Notes under the pieces: model-generated | Databases searched by the model: none | Told to the model about the DNA's origin: nothing | Seen by the model: only the letters and a program-made list of their open reading frames with translations | Source of the DNA: Archaeoglobus sp. JdFR-37 | GTDB lineage: Archaea > Halobacteriota > Archaeoglobi > Archaeoglobales > Archaeoglobaceae | Assembly: GCA_002010215.1 (NCBI GenBank) | Contig: MTMY01000031.1 | Span: 62,001-123,195, forward strand | Direction of reading: 5' to 3' | DNA length: 61,195 nucleotides | Part shown: piece after piece, positions 22,367 to 32,161 of the stretch | How the letters are laid out: every line of letters begins with the position of its first letter | Position numbering within the stretch: the first letter of the stretch is position 1 | Position numbers and translations under genes: made by a program

Positions 22367-22951
22367 ATGAAAAAAGTGCTCTTATTCCTCTCACAGGGCT
22401 TTGAGGAGGTTGAGGCAGCAGCCTTTATCGACGTATTCGGCTGGACCCACACCACTGAAGGAGTGGAACCAGTAGAAGTTGTTGTTGCAGGATTGCATCC
22501 TGAGATAAGGGCTGCCCACAGCCTCATCGTCAAACCCCAGCATCTCCTTGAAGAGCTGGATTTAACTGAGTTTTCAGCCCTCGCCCTTCCCGGAGGTTAT
22601 CACGACAGAGGCTTTACTGAAGCCTACTTATCAGAGGTGCTCGAGGCCATCAGAACCATATATGATAATGGAGGCATAATCGCAACCATATGTGTGGCTG
22701 CAAAGCCGGTAGCCGCTGCTGGACTGTTGAGAGGAAAAGAAGCTGTCACCTATCCACTTGATGATGGCAGACACATCAGCTTTCTCGCCGAGTATGGGGC
22801 AGAAGTGGTTGACAAAGATGTTGTTGTAAGTGACCGTATAATCACAAGTACCGGACCGGCAACGGCTTTTGCAGTAGCCTTCAAGCTTCTGGAAATGCTC
22901 AATGGTAAAGATGACGCGGAAAAGGTCAAAAGAGCAATGATGTTCTTATAG
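22367..22951 (+). CDS. DJ-1/PfpI family protein
   Basis: GFEEVE, LPGG, nucleophile elbow ATICVA, IITSTGP. Confidence 0.9.
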   Translation: MKKVLLFLSQGFEEVEAAAFIDVFGWTHTTEGVEPVEVVVAGLHPEIRAAHSLIVKPQHLLEELDLTEFSALALPGGYHDRGFTEAYLSEVLEAIRTIYDNGGIIATICVAAKPVAAAGLLRGKEAVTYPLDDGRHISFLAEYGAEVVDKDVVVSDRIITSTGPATAFAVAFKLLEMLNGKDDAEKVKRAMMFL

Positions 22952-22975
22952 TTTGGATTTGGTAAATGATAAGGA

Positions 22976-23212
22976 GTGGTAGATGTGAGGAGGTTTATTG
23001 AACTAAATCATGTGATCAGAGATGGTATGCCATCTTATCCGGGACTGCCACGCCCCAGAATAACTGCTTACCTGAACCATGAAGGGTCCTGCTCCCGCTA
23101 CAATGGGAAAGCGGAATTCTACATCGGAAAGGTGGAGATGATTGGGAATACAGCAACTTATCTCGATAGTCCATTTCATCGCTATTCCAATGCTCCAGAT
23201 CCATGTGTCTAG
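22976..23212 (+). pseudogene. Truncated cyclase/kynurenine formamidase family gene (N-terminal fragment)
   Basis: ELNHVIRDGMPSYPGLP...NTATYLDSPFH resembles the cyclase N-terminus but stops at 78 aa. Confidence 0.65.
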
Positions 23213-23248
23213 TATTGATTATATACTTCTGTGAACACTATAACTTCA

Positions 23249-24454
23249 ATGAAACTTTACATAGCCATAAAAAACGAGAGGTGTACCAACTGTAACTTCT
23301 GTAAGAGTTTCGTCTGCCCATCATCAGACTGTATAGGTTGTGGAGCGTGCTATCTAGCGTGTCCAAATCAGGCTGTGGAGATGGAGGGAAAAGAAGCGGA
23401 GAATTACATCCAAATCAAAGTGGACGGAGAAGTCTTCTCAATTCCGGAAAAAATAACGGTGAAAAAGGCTCTCGAAATAATCGGCTACAAATTCACCAAA
23501 TTTCCTGAGAAAGGGAAGATATTTGCACCCTGCGAAGTCGGTGGGTGCTGGAGCTGTGCAGTCGTTGTCGATGGAGAGTTCAGGCCCAGCTGCGTCACTC
23601 CAGTTAAAGATGGAATGGTTATTAAGACGTATGTGGAAGATTACCAGCCGAAGAGACTGGTTCACGGCTTTAGTGGACATACAGTTGGAGGAGTGGGCAC
23701 ACCTTGGTGGCTTAAAGGCTACCGTTACATAGAAGCTGCATGCTTTGCGTGCGGTTGCAACTTCCGCTGCCCTCAGTGTCAGAACTGGACAACGACTTAT
23801 TGTGGAAAGGATGTTCCGCTGACACCCATAAATGCAGCAGAGATTATGACGAGGCTGAGAAAGACAATTGGCGTTGACAGGATGACCATCTCTGGTGGAG
23901 AGAGCACACTCAACAGGAGGTGGCTGATTCAGTACATCCGGGAGCTTAAAAGGCTTAATCCCGACAGAGATGCAAGATTTCACGTGGATACCAACGCATC
24001 CATCTTATCAAAGGATTATATAGATGAGCTGGTGGATGCAGGAATGACGGACATAGGGATTGACGTTAAGGGTTTAAGGTTGGAAAGTTTTCAACGAATT
24101 ACCGGATTGGAGAAAGAGCTTTCTGAAATTTACCTGAAGACTGAGTGGAACGCTTTGAAGTACATACTCGATGAATACGGTGATAAAATCTTCGTTGGAG
24201 TAGGTATCCCCTATAACAGAGACTTAATCTCTTTGAATGAGATAAGAGAAATCGGAGAGGAAATAGTGAAAATGGATGATGAAGTTCAGGTATGCGCTCT
24301 GGATTACAGGCCTGAGTTCAGAAGCACCATAAAGAGACCGAGTTTTCAAGAGATGTTTGAAGTATGGAAAGTTCTGCGTGAAACTGGTCTGAAAGTCGTT
24401 GTCTGCCAAACTGCGCGAGGATACATCAGACCGGACGGCAGACTTGGCTTATAG
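23249..24454 (+). CDS. Radical SAM protein (PFL-activase-like) with N-terminal 4Fe-4S dicluster and 2Fe-2S-like domains
   Basis: CTNCNFC..C, CIGCGACYLAC; CEVGGCWSC...SC; CNFRCPQCQN; SGGE; DTNA. Confidence 0.85.
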   Translation: MKLYIAIKNERCTNCNFCKSFVCPSSDCIGCGACYLACPNQAVEMEGKEAENYIQIKVDGEVFSIPEKITVKKALEIIGYKFTKFPEKGKIFAPCEVGGCWSCAVVVDGEFRPSCVTPVKDGMVIKTYVEDYQPKRLVHGFSGHTVGGVGTPWWLKGYRYIEAACFACGCNFRCPQCQNWTTTYCGKDVPLTPINAAEIMTRLRKTIGVDRMTISGGESTLNRRWLIQYIRELKRLNPDRDARFHVDTNASILSKDYIDELVDAGMTDIGIDVKGLRLESFQRITGLEKELSEIYLKTEWNALKYILDEYGDKIFVGVGIPYNRDLISLNEIREIGEEIVKMDDEVQVCALDYRPEFRSTIKRPSFQEMFEVWKVLRETGLKVVVCQTARGYIRPDGRLGL

Positions 24455-24759
24455 CTTCAGTTGTTAGTTTACCAGTCTTCTGCATTATGTATCTTCATCA
24501 AGGCATTATTGATTATCCAGACATGCCATCTAGACCTTATCCCCTGAGCCTATAACGGCGTGCACGTGTGTTATATCCCTTTTGATCCATTTTAGTTTTT
24601 TATCTCTTCATACCTCTCATCTACCTCCTCCACCGTTTCTAGTAGCTCAGAGATATTCAGGGACATCTCAAAATGTTTTAGAATGAAACTCCTTTTGGAA
24701 GTGATGTGGAGTAATGTAGGAAGTGGGGTGAAGTATATCAATAAAAATGAGCTAAAATA

Positions 24760-25332
24760 TCAATCCAGCGTACCTTTGGTACTTTTAACGTCCTTACCTT
24801 CCAGAGTTATCGCCTTTTTCAGAGCCATGGCAAAGGCCTTGAAGCACACCTCTACAATGTGGTGCAGGTTGCTTCCCTTGACGGAAATGTATGCATTGAT
24901 GCCAGCATTTCTGCAGAGAGTGTCGAAGAAGTGGATGAAGTTCTCAGCACTGACTCCACCAACCTCTCCCTCAAGCAGACCATCGAAGTTCAGATAACCT
25001 CTTCCACTGATATCTATCCCGCAGATTGCTACGCTTTCATCCATTGGCACAATGGCATCACCAAATCTGGCTATGCCTGCCTTATCTCCCAGCGCATCTC
25101 TTATGGCTTTACCAAGTGATATGGCAACATCCTCGATGGTGTGGTGCTCATCTACCTCCACATCCCCTGCAGCCTTCACGTTTAGCCCAATCTCGCTGTG
25201 CCTTGCGAACGTTTCCAGCATGTGGGTGAAGAAAGGGATTGGTGTCTCGATTTCGTATTCTCTCACATCGAGATTGAGCTCTATCCTAATGTCAACTTCC
25301 CGGGTTTTTCTTTCCACAACCGCTTTCCTCAT
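24760..25332 (-). CDS. hisB: Imidazoleglycerol-phosphate dehydratase
   Basis: FFTHML, DEHHTIED, PMDE, NLHHIVE..FKA. Confidence 0.96.
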   Translation of the reverse strand: MRKAVVERKTREVDIRIELNLDVREYEIETPIPFFTHMLETFARHSEIGLNVKAAGDVEVDEHHTIEDVAISLGKAIRDALGDKAGIARFGDAIVPMDESVAICGIDISGRGYLNFDGLLEGEVGGVSAENFIHFFDTLCRNAGINAYISVKGSNLHHIVEVCFKAFAMALKKAITLEGKDVKSTKGTLD

Positions 25333-26087
25333 TCGACCTCCTCCAACCTTCTCCGATTTTCATCCCAGTCTCCAATCTCCTCAAGCTTTAAAGCTTCTTC
25401 AAGCCTTATCCTTCCTGTGTAGAGGGCAGATCCAACTATTACACCCTTTGCTCCCGTCTCCTTAATAAGCCTGATGTCATCAACACTTGCTATGCCTCCA
25501 GCAACATAAACAGGGCTGTTGATGTTTTCCACGATTTCCTTAATATTATCTGCTACCACTCCTTTCACAAGTCCCTCAATATCTACATTGGTGTAAAGGA
25601 ATGAGACTTCCAGATCATCATATATTCCAGCAAGCTCAACAGGCGTGAATTTCGTTCCTTCCTTCCATCCCTTTACAACCACTCTGCCCTTTTTGGAGTC
25701 GATAGCAATCATTATCTTTCTAGGATACCTTTCCGCCAGCCTTCTCACTGCCTCAACATTCTCCACAGCGAGAGTCCCTATTATTACTCTGTCAAGACCA
25801 ATCGATATCAGCCTTTTCGCTGTTTCAACATCTCTTATTCCTCCCCCTACCTGCACCTCCACGTCAAGCTCCCTTTTTATTCTGAGTATGGTATCCTCAT
25901 GCCTCAGGCTACCTCTGAAGGCTCCATCAAGGTCTATGACGTGAAGAACTCTAGCCCCCTTCTCAACCCACATTCTGGCCACTTCAAGAGGGTTATCGAG
26001 TTCTACGGTAACCTTTCTCTCATCTCCCTGTACGAGTCTTACAACCTTGCCACCTTTGAGGTCAACAGCAGGAATGACTACGAACAT
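25329..26087 (-). CDS. hisA: ProFAR isomerase HisA
   Basis: IPAVDLKGGKVVRLVQG, HVIDLDGA, QVGGGIR, AGGI, GSALY. Confidence 0.95.
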   Translation of the reverse strand: MFVVIPAVDLKGGKVVRLVQGDERKVTVELDNPLEVARMWVEKGARVLHVIDLDGAFRGSLRHEDTILRIKRELDVEVQVGGGIRDVETAKRLISIGLDRVIIGTLAVENVEAVRRLAERYPRKIMIAIDSKKGRVVVKGWKEGTKFTPVELAGIYDDLEVSFLYTNVDIEGLVKGVVADNIKEIVENINSPVYVAGGIASVDDIRLIKETGAKGVIVGSALYTGRIRLEEALKLEEIGDWDENRRRLEEVE

Positions 26088-26126
26088 CGTAGAATAAAAA
26101 GAAATGGGATTAAAATAGTCTTCGAA

Positions 26127-26303
26127 TCAGATAAAATCTTCAGGATAGAGATGCTCTTTTTTGGCCTTTTTCATTCTGGTCTTCCTTCTTCTCCTGTCTT
26201 CGCTCCTCCTCGGCCGTTCATTCAAAAGTTCTTCGAATTCCTCATCTGTCACTGGCTTTAAATTAAGCCAGTCCTCAAACTTTTTCTTACCCTTCAACTT
26301 CAT
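26127..26303 (-). CDS. Small highly charged hypothetical protein (58 aa; below the ORF-track cutoff)
   Basis: MKLKGKKKFEDWLNLKPVTDEEFEELLNERPRRSEDRRRRKTRMKKAKKEHLYPEDFI fills the hisA-ileS gap; TATATA about 40 nt upstream. Confidence 0.6.
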   Translation of the reverse strand: MKLKGKKKFEDWLNLKPVTDEEFEELLNERPRRSEDRRRRKTRMKKAKKEHLYPEDFI

Positions 26304-26427
26304 CTACCCTTGTTTTTTTTGCTATCCAATAGCAATTGGAGTATATATCTCTTATGCTGGCAGCAAAGAGCATCAGAGAGATATCAGAAAGATATTTTAA
26401 CAAAGTTTGGAATCTGCCAACGTGACC

Positions 26428-29400
26428 ATGAGGTTCAGCAGTATATACAGTCCGAAGAATGTTGAAAATGTAATCAGAAAATTCTGGGAAGATAATCGAA
26501 TTTACGAGAAAGCCAGAGATCGAGGAGAAAAGCCTTTCTTCTTCGTTGACGGCCCACCATATACCACCGGAAGAATTCACCTTGGCACCGCATGGAATAA
26601 AGTGATAAAGGACACAATACTCCGCTACAGGAGACTCTGCGGATACAGAGTCACCGACAAGCCTGGCTGGGATATGCATGGCCTGCCGATAGAGGTGAAG
26701 GTGGAGCAGGAACTTGGTTTCAAGACAAAGAAGGATATTGAGGAGTTCGGAATCGATTCATTCATTCAAAGGTGCATGGATTATGCTCTGAAAAACAGGG
26801 ATGCCATGACTGATCAGTTCAAGATGCTGGGAGTGTGGATGGACTGGGAAAACCCGTACATGACAATAAAAGCTGATTACATCAATGCTGCCTGGTGGAC
26901 CATCAAAAAGGCTCACGAGAAGGGGTTGCTGGAAAGGAAAAAGATGGTGGTGAACTGGTGTCCTCGCTGTGAGACTGCTTTAGCAGATGCAGAGGTGGAG
27001 TACTGGGAGGAAAAAGACCCCTCCATATACGTCAAATTCCCTGTTAAGAATGATAACACCTACATTGTCATCTGGACTACAACGCCTTGGACACTGCCGG
27101 CAAACATGGCTGTGGCAGTCCATCCAGCTCTGGAGTATGCAATCATTAAAGCTATGAAGGATGGAAGGATTGAGTACCTCATCATCGCCAAGGAGCTTGC
27201 GGAGAATGTGTTGAAAAAAGGCGGCTACGAGATGTGGGAGATAATCGAAACCCATCTCGGTGAAGACCTTGTCGGCACGGAATACATCCATCCCCTTGCA
27301 GATGAGGTCCCCCTGCAGAAGAACTGGAAACATTCTGTTTACATGGCCGAATTCGTTTCGTCGGAGAATACTGGATGCGTTCATATCGCTCCCGGTCACG
27401 GTCTGGAAGATTTTGAGCTCTCCCTGCGATATGGTCTTGAGGTTTTCAATCCTGTTGATGACAGAGGTGTTTATACCGGTGAAGCTGGGAAGTACGCCGG
27501 AATGCATGTAAAAGAAGCCAACAAAGTGATAATTGAAGATCTGAGAGCCAAGGGTCTCCTTCTGGCGGAGGAGACGATAGTTCACCGCTATGGCCATTGC
27601 TGGAGATGTAAGAGCCCCATAATCTATCGTGCCACAGAACAGTGGTTCCTGAAGGTCAGCCAGTTGAAGGAAATGATGGTAAAGGAGATTGACAATGTTA
27701 GATGGGTTCCTGAGTGGGCAGGTAGCAGCCGCTTTAAGGACTGGGTTAGCAATGCAAAGGATTGGTGCATCAGTAGGCAGCGTTACTGGGGCATCCCGAT
27801 TCCGGTCTGGATCTGCGAGAAATGCGGAGAGATGAAGGTGGTCGGGGGCATCGATGAGGTGCCTTGGCAGAGCGACATGGACTTGCATCGCCCGAGAATT
27901 GATGAGGTTACCTTTGATTGCAAATGCGGAGGGGTGATGAAGAGGGTTGAGGACGTCTTTGATGTCTGGTTTGACAGCGGCGTTGCATCATGGGGGACTC
28001 TGAGCTATCCCCGCTTTAAAGAGGAATTCGAAAGGCTCTGGCCAGCTGACTTCATAACAGAAGGACACGACCAGACGAGGGGTTGGTTCTACTCTCAGCT
28101 AGGAGCTAGCGTTATTGCCTTTGAGAAGGCTCCGTATAAGACCGTCCTGATGCACGGGTTCACGCTGGATGAGCAGGGCAGAAAGATGAGCAAGAGCCTT
28201 GGAAATGTTGTAGAGCCAGAAGAGGTTATAGAAGAGATAGGTGTTGATGCTTTCCGCCTTTACGTCCTCTCATCGGCTCTATGGGAGGATCTGAGATTCA
28301 GCTGGGATGAGGCAAGGAACTATCTACGTTTCCTTAATATCTACTGGAACGCCATACGCTTCGCCCACACGTATATGAGCCTTGACAGGTTCGAGGAAGT
28401 TGACCCATCAACCATCGAACTGAGGGTTGAGGACAGGTGGATTCTTTCTAAGCTTGAGAGCTTTTTGAAGCTGGCAAATGACGCAATGGAGAACTACCAG
28501 CTCCACAGAGCTGTGAGAGCGTTTGTCGACTTTGTTACCGAGGATTTCAGCAGATGGTACATTCAGCTCATAAGGCCGAGAGTTTGGGAGGAGCGAGAAT
28601 CCATTTCGAAAGTTGCCGCTTACGCTACTGTTCTTAGAGTTGTTGATAGGGTGAACAGAGCCATATCACCTTTCATCCCCTTCATCTCCGAATATGTGCA
28701 CCAGAACTTTACAAGAGTCTTCAGGAATGCCGCTGAATCAGTATTCCTTGAGAGCATGCCGCAGGCAGAGGAGAGGTGGATTGATGAGAAGCTTGAGGAT
28801 TACATGGAGGTGGCCAAGCAAATTTTCGAGGCAGCAAGCAACGCAAGGCAGAAAGCAAAGATCAAGCTGAGATGGCCCCTGAGAAAGCTGGTTGTAGAGG
28901 GGGATGAAAGAGTTCTGGAAGCAGTGAGGATGCTGGAAGACACAATCAAATCCCAGTGCAATGTTAAAGAGGTGGAAGTCGTCAGAGAATTTCCGAAAGA
29001 AGCAGTAATCAAGCCTAATTTCAGAGAAATAGGTCCATTGCTAAAAGAAAAGGCTGGAGAGTTTGCAAAGTACGTTTCTTCTCTTTCAAAGGATGGAGTT
29101 CAGAAAATACTGGAGCAGGGCTATATTGAGTTTGAAGGTCAGAAGTTGGAGCCTGATAAGGTTTTGCTAGTGGAATATACCCTTCCTGAAGGCTACACCT
29201 TCGCAGAAACCTCATGGGGTGGTATTTACCTCTACACAGTCGTGGATGATGAGCTGAGGAAGGAAGCATTCGCAAGAGAGCTGGTGAGAAGAATTCAGGA
29301 GATGAGGAAGGAGCTTGACCTCGACGTGGAGGAGTTCATAACGGCAACGGTTGGTATGGATGCCAAGCTGGTTTCAGGCTGGGAAGACTACATAATGCGG

Positions 29401-29526
29401 GAAACCAGGGCTGAAAAGCTAATCTTTGGTGAACCTGCTCGAGGACCAGCTGGCGGATACGTCAAAGAATGGGACATAGAGGGCATCAGAGTTCCTATAG
29501 GCATAAAGAGGAAAAATGAGGCTTGA
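26428..29526 (+). CDS. ileS: Isoleucyl-tRNA synthetase
   Basis: DGPPY..HLGT, WTTTPWTLP, DWCISRQRYWG, GHDQTRGWF, KMSKS. Confidence 0.97.
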   Translation: MRFSSIYSPKNVENVIRKFWEDNRIYEKARDRGEKPFFFVDGPPYTTGRIHLGTAWNKVIKDTILRYRRLCGYRVTDKPGWDMHGLPIEVKVEQELGFKTKKDIEEFGIDSFIQRCMDYALKNRDAMTDQFKMLGVWMDWENPYMTIKADYINAAWWTIKKAHEKGLLERKKMVVNWCPRCETALADAEVEYWEEKDPSIYVKFPVKNDNTYIVIWTTTPWTLPANMAVAVHPALEYAIIKAMKDGRIEYLIIAKELAENVLKKGGYEMWEIIETHLGEDLVGTEYIHPLADEVPLQKNWKHSVYMAEFVSSENTGCVHIAPGHGLEDFELSLRYGLEVFNPVDDRGVYTGEAGKYAGMHVKEANKVIIEDLRAKGLLLAEETIVHRYGHCWRCKSPIIYRATEQWFLKVSQLKEMMVKEIDNVRWVPEWAGSSRFKDWVSNAKDWCISRQRYWGIPIPVWICEKCGEMKVVGGIDEVPWQSDMDLHRPRIDEVTFDCKCGGVMKRVEDVFDVWFDSGVASWGTLSYPRFKEEFERLWPADFITEGHDQTRGWFYSQLGASVIAFEKAPYKTVLMHGFTLDEQGRKMSKSLGNVVEPEEVIEEIGVDAFRLYVLSSALWEDLRFSWDEARNYLRFLNIYWNAIRFAHTYMSLDRFEEVDPSTIELRVEDRWILSKLESFLKLANDAMENYQLHRAVRAFVDFVTEDFSRWYIQLIRPRVWEERESISKVAAYATVLRVVDRVNRAISPFIPFISEYVHQNFTRVFRNAAESVFLESMPQAEERWIDEKLEDYMEVAKQIFEAASNARQKAKIKLRWPLRKLVVEGDERVLEAVRMLEDTIKSQCNVKEVEVVREFPKEAVIKPNFREIGPLLKEKAGEFAKYVSSLSKDGVQKILEQGYIEFEGQKLEPDKVLLVEYTLPEGYTFAETSWGGIYLYTVVDDELRKEAFARELVRRIQEMRKELDLDVEEFITATVGMDAKLVSGWEDYIMRETRAEKLIFGEPARGPAGGYVKEWDIEGIRVPIGIKRKNEA

Positions 29527-30136
29527 AGAATGGTTTAATTTTTATTCTCAAATTATTTCTGAATTTGGCTATTCTCAGCAGGAGGATGAAGAGGCTGCAA
29601 AGCTCATGCACAGCCTTGCAAAGGGTAAGCTTTTGGATGTTAAAGTCCTGAAAAATCTAATCCACGGCAGAAATGTGGCGGTTATCGGAGGGGGGATTGA
29701 AGAGTCGGAAATTGAAGAGGTAAAGGAGGATTTGATAATTACTGCCGGAAAGGCCATTCTGAGGGTTGGCATGAGAATAAAACCAGACATCCATGTTACT
29801 GATATGGAAGAGCCCGATGAGTTGCTGGTGAGGCTTGAGAAAGAGGGATGTGTTCTGGTTCTGCATGCCCATGGAGATAACATGGAGCGAATCAGAAGCA
29901 TCATCCCAAAACTGAGTAGATTTGTTGCAACCACACAATCGCATCCCTTTGACAGGGTTTACAACTTTGGAGGTTTCACAGATGGTGACAGAGCAGCTAT
30001 CATGGCCAAGGAGATGGGTGCAGCCATAATAAAGCTCTATGGATTCAGGTTTGGAAGTAGAGGGAGATTAGAGGATGCGAAAGCCCGTAAACTGAAATGG
30101 GCGGAGAAACTTTTGAGATACGAGGGACTTTTATGA
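29516..30136 (+). CDS. mptE: 6-hydroxymethyl-7,8-dihydropterin pyrophosphokinase MptE-like
   Basis: W...Y..I..EFGY...D, LHAHGDN, ATTQ, NFGGFTDGDRA, KLKWA. Confidence 0.8.
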   Translation: MRLEEWFNFYSQIISEFGYSQQEDEEAAKLMHSLAKGKLLDVKVLKNLIHGRNVAVIGGGIEESEIEEVKEDLIITAGKAILRVGMRIKPDIHVTDMEEPDELLVRLEKEGCVLVLHAHGDNMERIRSIIPKLSRFVATTQSHPFDRVYNFGGFTDGDRAAIMAKEMGAAIIKLYGFRFGSRGRLEDAKARKLKWAEKLLRYEGLL

Positions 30137-31191
30137 GGGTTGCTCAGATCACTCCCTATTACCCACCCCACATCGGCGGCGTTGAAATTCACGTTAAGGA
30201 GCTCTCGGAGAGGCTTTTTGAGAGGGGTTACCAGGTTAAGGTTGTATCTTCCTGCGGGAATGGGAAGAACAGTGTGGAGGTTATAACAGTCCCATCCATA
30301 AATTTCCCTTACTCTCCCATCCCCTTAACTTTCCCTAGGCTGGAAGCAGACGTATATCACAGCCATGTTCCAAGTCCCACTTTCGCCTTCAAGGTGAAGG
30401 ATAAGCATCCTCACATCGTCACTTACCACAACGATGTAGTTGTCCCTTCGAAGGTGAATGGATTCCCCATTCCCAGTTTTGTTGCTGCATCAATTGAGAT
30501 GATCAATGAAAAGCTTGTGAAGCCTGTTCTGGAAAAAGCCGAGTTAATCATAGCAACAACTGGAAGCTATGCTGAAACGTCAAAAGTGCTCAAAGAATAC
30601 CTCCACAAGGTGGAAGTTGTTCCGAATGCTGTTGATGCGTCTCTTTTCCAGCCCGTAGATCAGAAAGAGCCCTACGTTATATACGTGGGCAGGTTGGTGG
30701 AGTACAAAGGTCTGGGAATGCTGATAGAGGCGATGAGAGATGTTCAGGCACGGGAAGAGCTTAATCTGGTAGTGGTGGGAGATGGGGAAGACAGAAACCG
30801 GTTTGAGATGATGGCTGCGAAGTACGGTGTTAATGCCAGATTTACCGGCAGAGTAGGACTGGATGAGCTGAGAAACTTGATTTCTCACGCTGAAATACTT
30901 GTACTGCCTTCTTTTACCAGACTTGAAGCCTTCGGCATAGTATTGCTGGAGGCAATGGCATGCAAGACCCCTGTTCTGGCATTTGATACTCCAGGCGTCA
31001 ATGAAGTTGCCAAAAATGGTGGTTTTGTGTTTTCCACAATTCCAGAACTTGTACAGCTGATACTCGAGCTCCATTCCGACGAGGGGTTGAGAAAGACACT
31101 TGGAGAGCAAGGAAGAAAAGCGGTTGAAGAAAAGTACTCTTGGGATATGGTGGTGGACAAAATAGAGGCACTTTACGATGAGGTTGTGTGA
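30133..31191 (+). CDS. GT4 (GT-B) glycosyltransferase
   Basis: YYPPHIGGVE, YVGRLVEYKG, EAFGIVLLEAMA. Confidence 0.92.
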   Translation: MRVAQITPYYPPHIGGVEIHVKELSERLFERGYQVKVVSSCGNGKNSVEVITVPSINFPYSPIPLTFPRLEADVYHSHVPSPTFAFKVKDKHPHIVTYHNDVVVPSKVNGFPIPSFVAASIEMINEKLVKPVLEKAELIIATTGSYAETSKVLKEYLHKVEVVPNAVDASLFQPVDQKEPYVIYVGRLVEYKGLGMLIEAMRDVQAREELNLVVVGDGEDRNRFEMMAAKYGVNARFTGRVGLDELRNLISHAEILVLPSFTRLEAFGIVLLEAMACKTPVLAFDTPGVNEVAKNGGFVFSTIPELVQLILELHSDEGLRKTLGEQGRKAVEEKYSWDMVVDKIEALYDEVV

Positions 31192-31201
31192 GGGTGTTAG
31201 G

Positions 31202-32161
31202 ATGACCAGAATAGCAATAATCGTACCCGTTGCTCCCTTTGAACCACTTAATCTTCTCATAGCATCAGCAAAGCACCTCAGAAGTTTGAATTTCGGGGAG
31301 ATGGAGGTAAGAATACTCTATGTTATCGACAGTGATGAGGATGAGAAAGTCATAGCTTTGAGGCAATATGTTGACGTTCTTGCTCGTGGCACGTCGAGGG
31401 GTAAGAGAGCTGGCGCTATAAATGACGGCATAAATCATCTCGTTACCTTCAAACCTGACTACATAGCTATTTTCGATGTAGATTCCAGACCTGAAAAAGA
31501 TTTTGTAATCAGATGTGTTGAGGCCCTTGAATCAAATCATAAAGCGTACATCGCATCAACCCGCCGTTACATCTCCAATCCTATAAATCTGGTTTCCAGA
31601 ACTGTTGAAGCCGAATATTATCTGATCAACTTCCTCTTGAGAAAATCAGGTTTCAGGCAGTTCAACGGCCTCATCGGCGTTCTGAGGGCATCGCTGCTGG
31701 AAAAATACAGACTTAATGAGGACGCTCTTGCAGAGGATGCAGACTTCGCCACGAGAATGCATGCAATGGGTTATGAAGCTTTGCTTTGCCAGGAGAAAAT
31801 ATATGAGCAGGCTCCAGTCACTTGGAAAGATCTCTACAATCAAAGGAAAAGATGGTATTATGGTGGTTTGCAGCTCTGGAGATACGCCAGCGACGTCCTA
31901 TCATCGCATCGTCCCAGATTTATAGCATCATGGCTGATGGCTTTGACTTTAACCTACATTCCGGCACTTTTTATACCTTTCATCCTGCTTTTCTCTCCAC
32001 CGCTCCTTCTCTACAAATTCCGAAAAGTTGATAGGCTGGCAGTTGTTGTTGGACTCGTAACTCATGCATTGCTTCTTCAATTGGCTTCCATCATGGCTCT
32101 GCTGAGTTTTGTTATGGGGAGGGACATGCGTTGGGTACCAATGAAAAGAACGGAAGGATAA
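31202..32161 (+). CDS. GT2 glycosyltransferase, processive-type signature, C-terminal TM helices
   Basis: KRAGAINDG, DVD, AED, QRKRW. Confidence 0.88.
   Translation: MTRIAIIVPVAPFEPLNLLIASAKHLRSLNFGEMEVRILYVIDSDEDEKVIALRQYVDVLARGTSRGKRAGAINDGINHLVTFKPDYIAIFDVDSRPEKDFVIRCVEALESNHKAYIASTRRYISNPINLVSRTVEAEYYLINFLLRKSGFRQFNGLIGVLRASLLEKYRLNEDALAEDADFATRMHAMGYEALLCQEKIYEQAPVTWKDLYNQRKRWYYGGLQLWRYASDVLSSHRPRFIASWLMALTLTYIPALFIPFILLFSPPLLLYKFRKVDRLAVVVGLVTHALLLQLASIMALLSFVMGRDMRWVPMKRTEG

Noticed and set aside
24455..24700. Purine-rich minus-strand fragments (MSLNISELLETVEEVDERYEEIK..., LKWIKRDITHVHAVIG...)
   Set aside because: Possibly a decayed gene, but multiple stops and no recognisable family
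26287..26679. 130-aa minus-strand ORF
   Set aside because: Mostly antisense to the ileS 5' end; the 58-aa ORF at 26127-26303 explains the gap better
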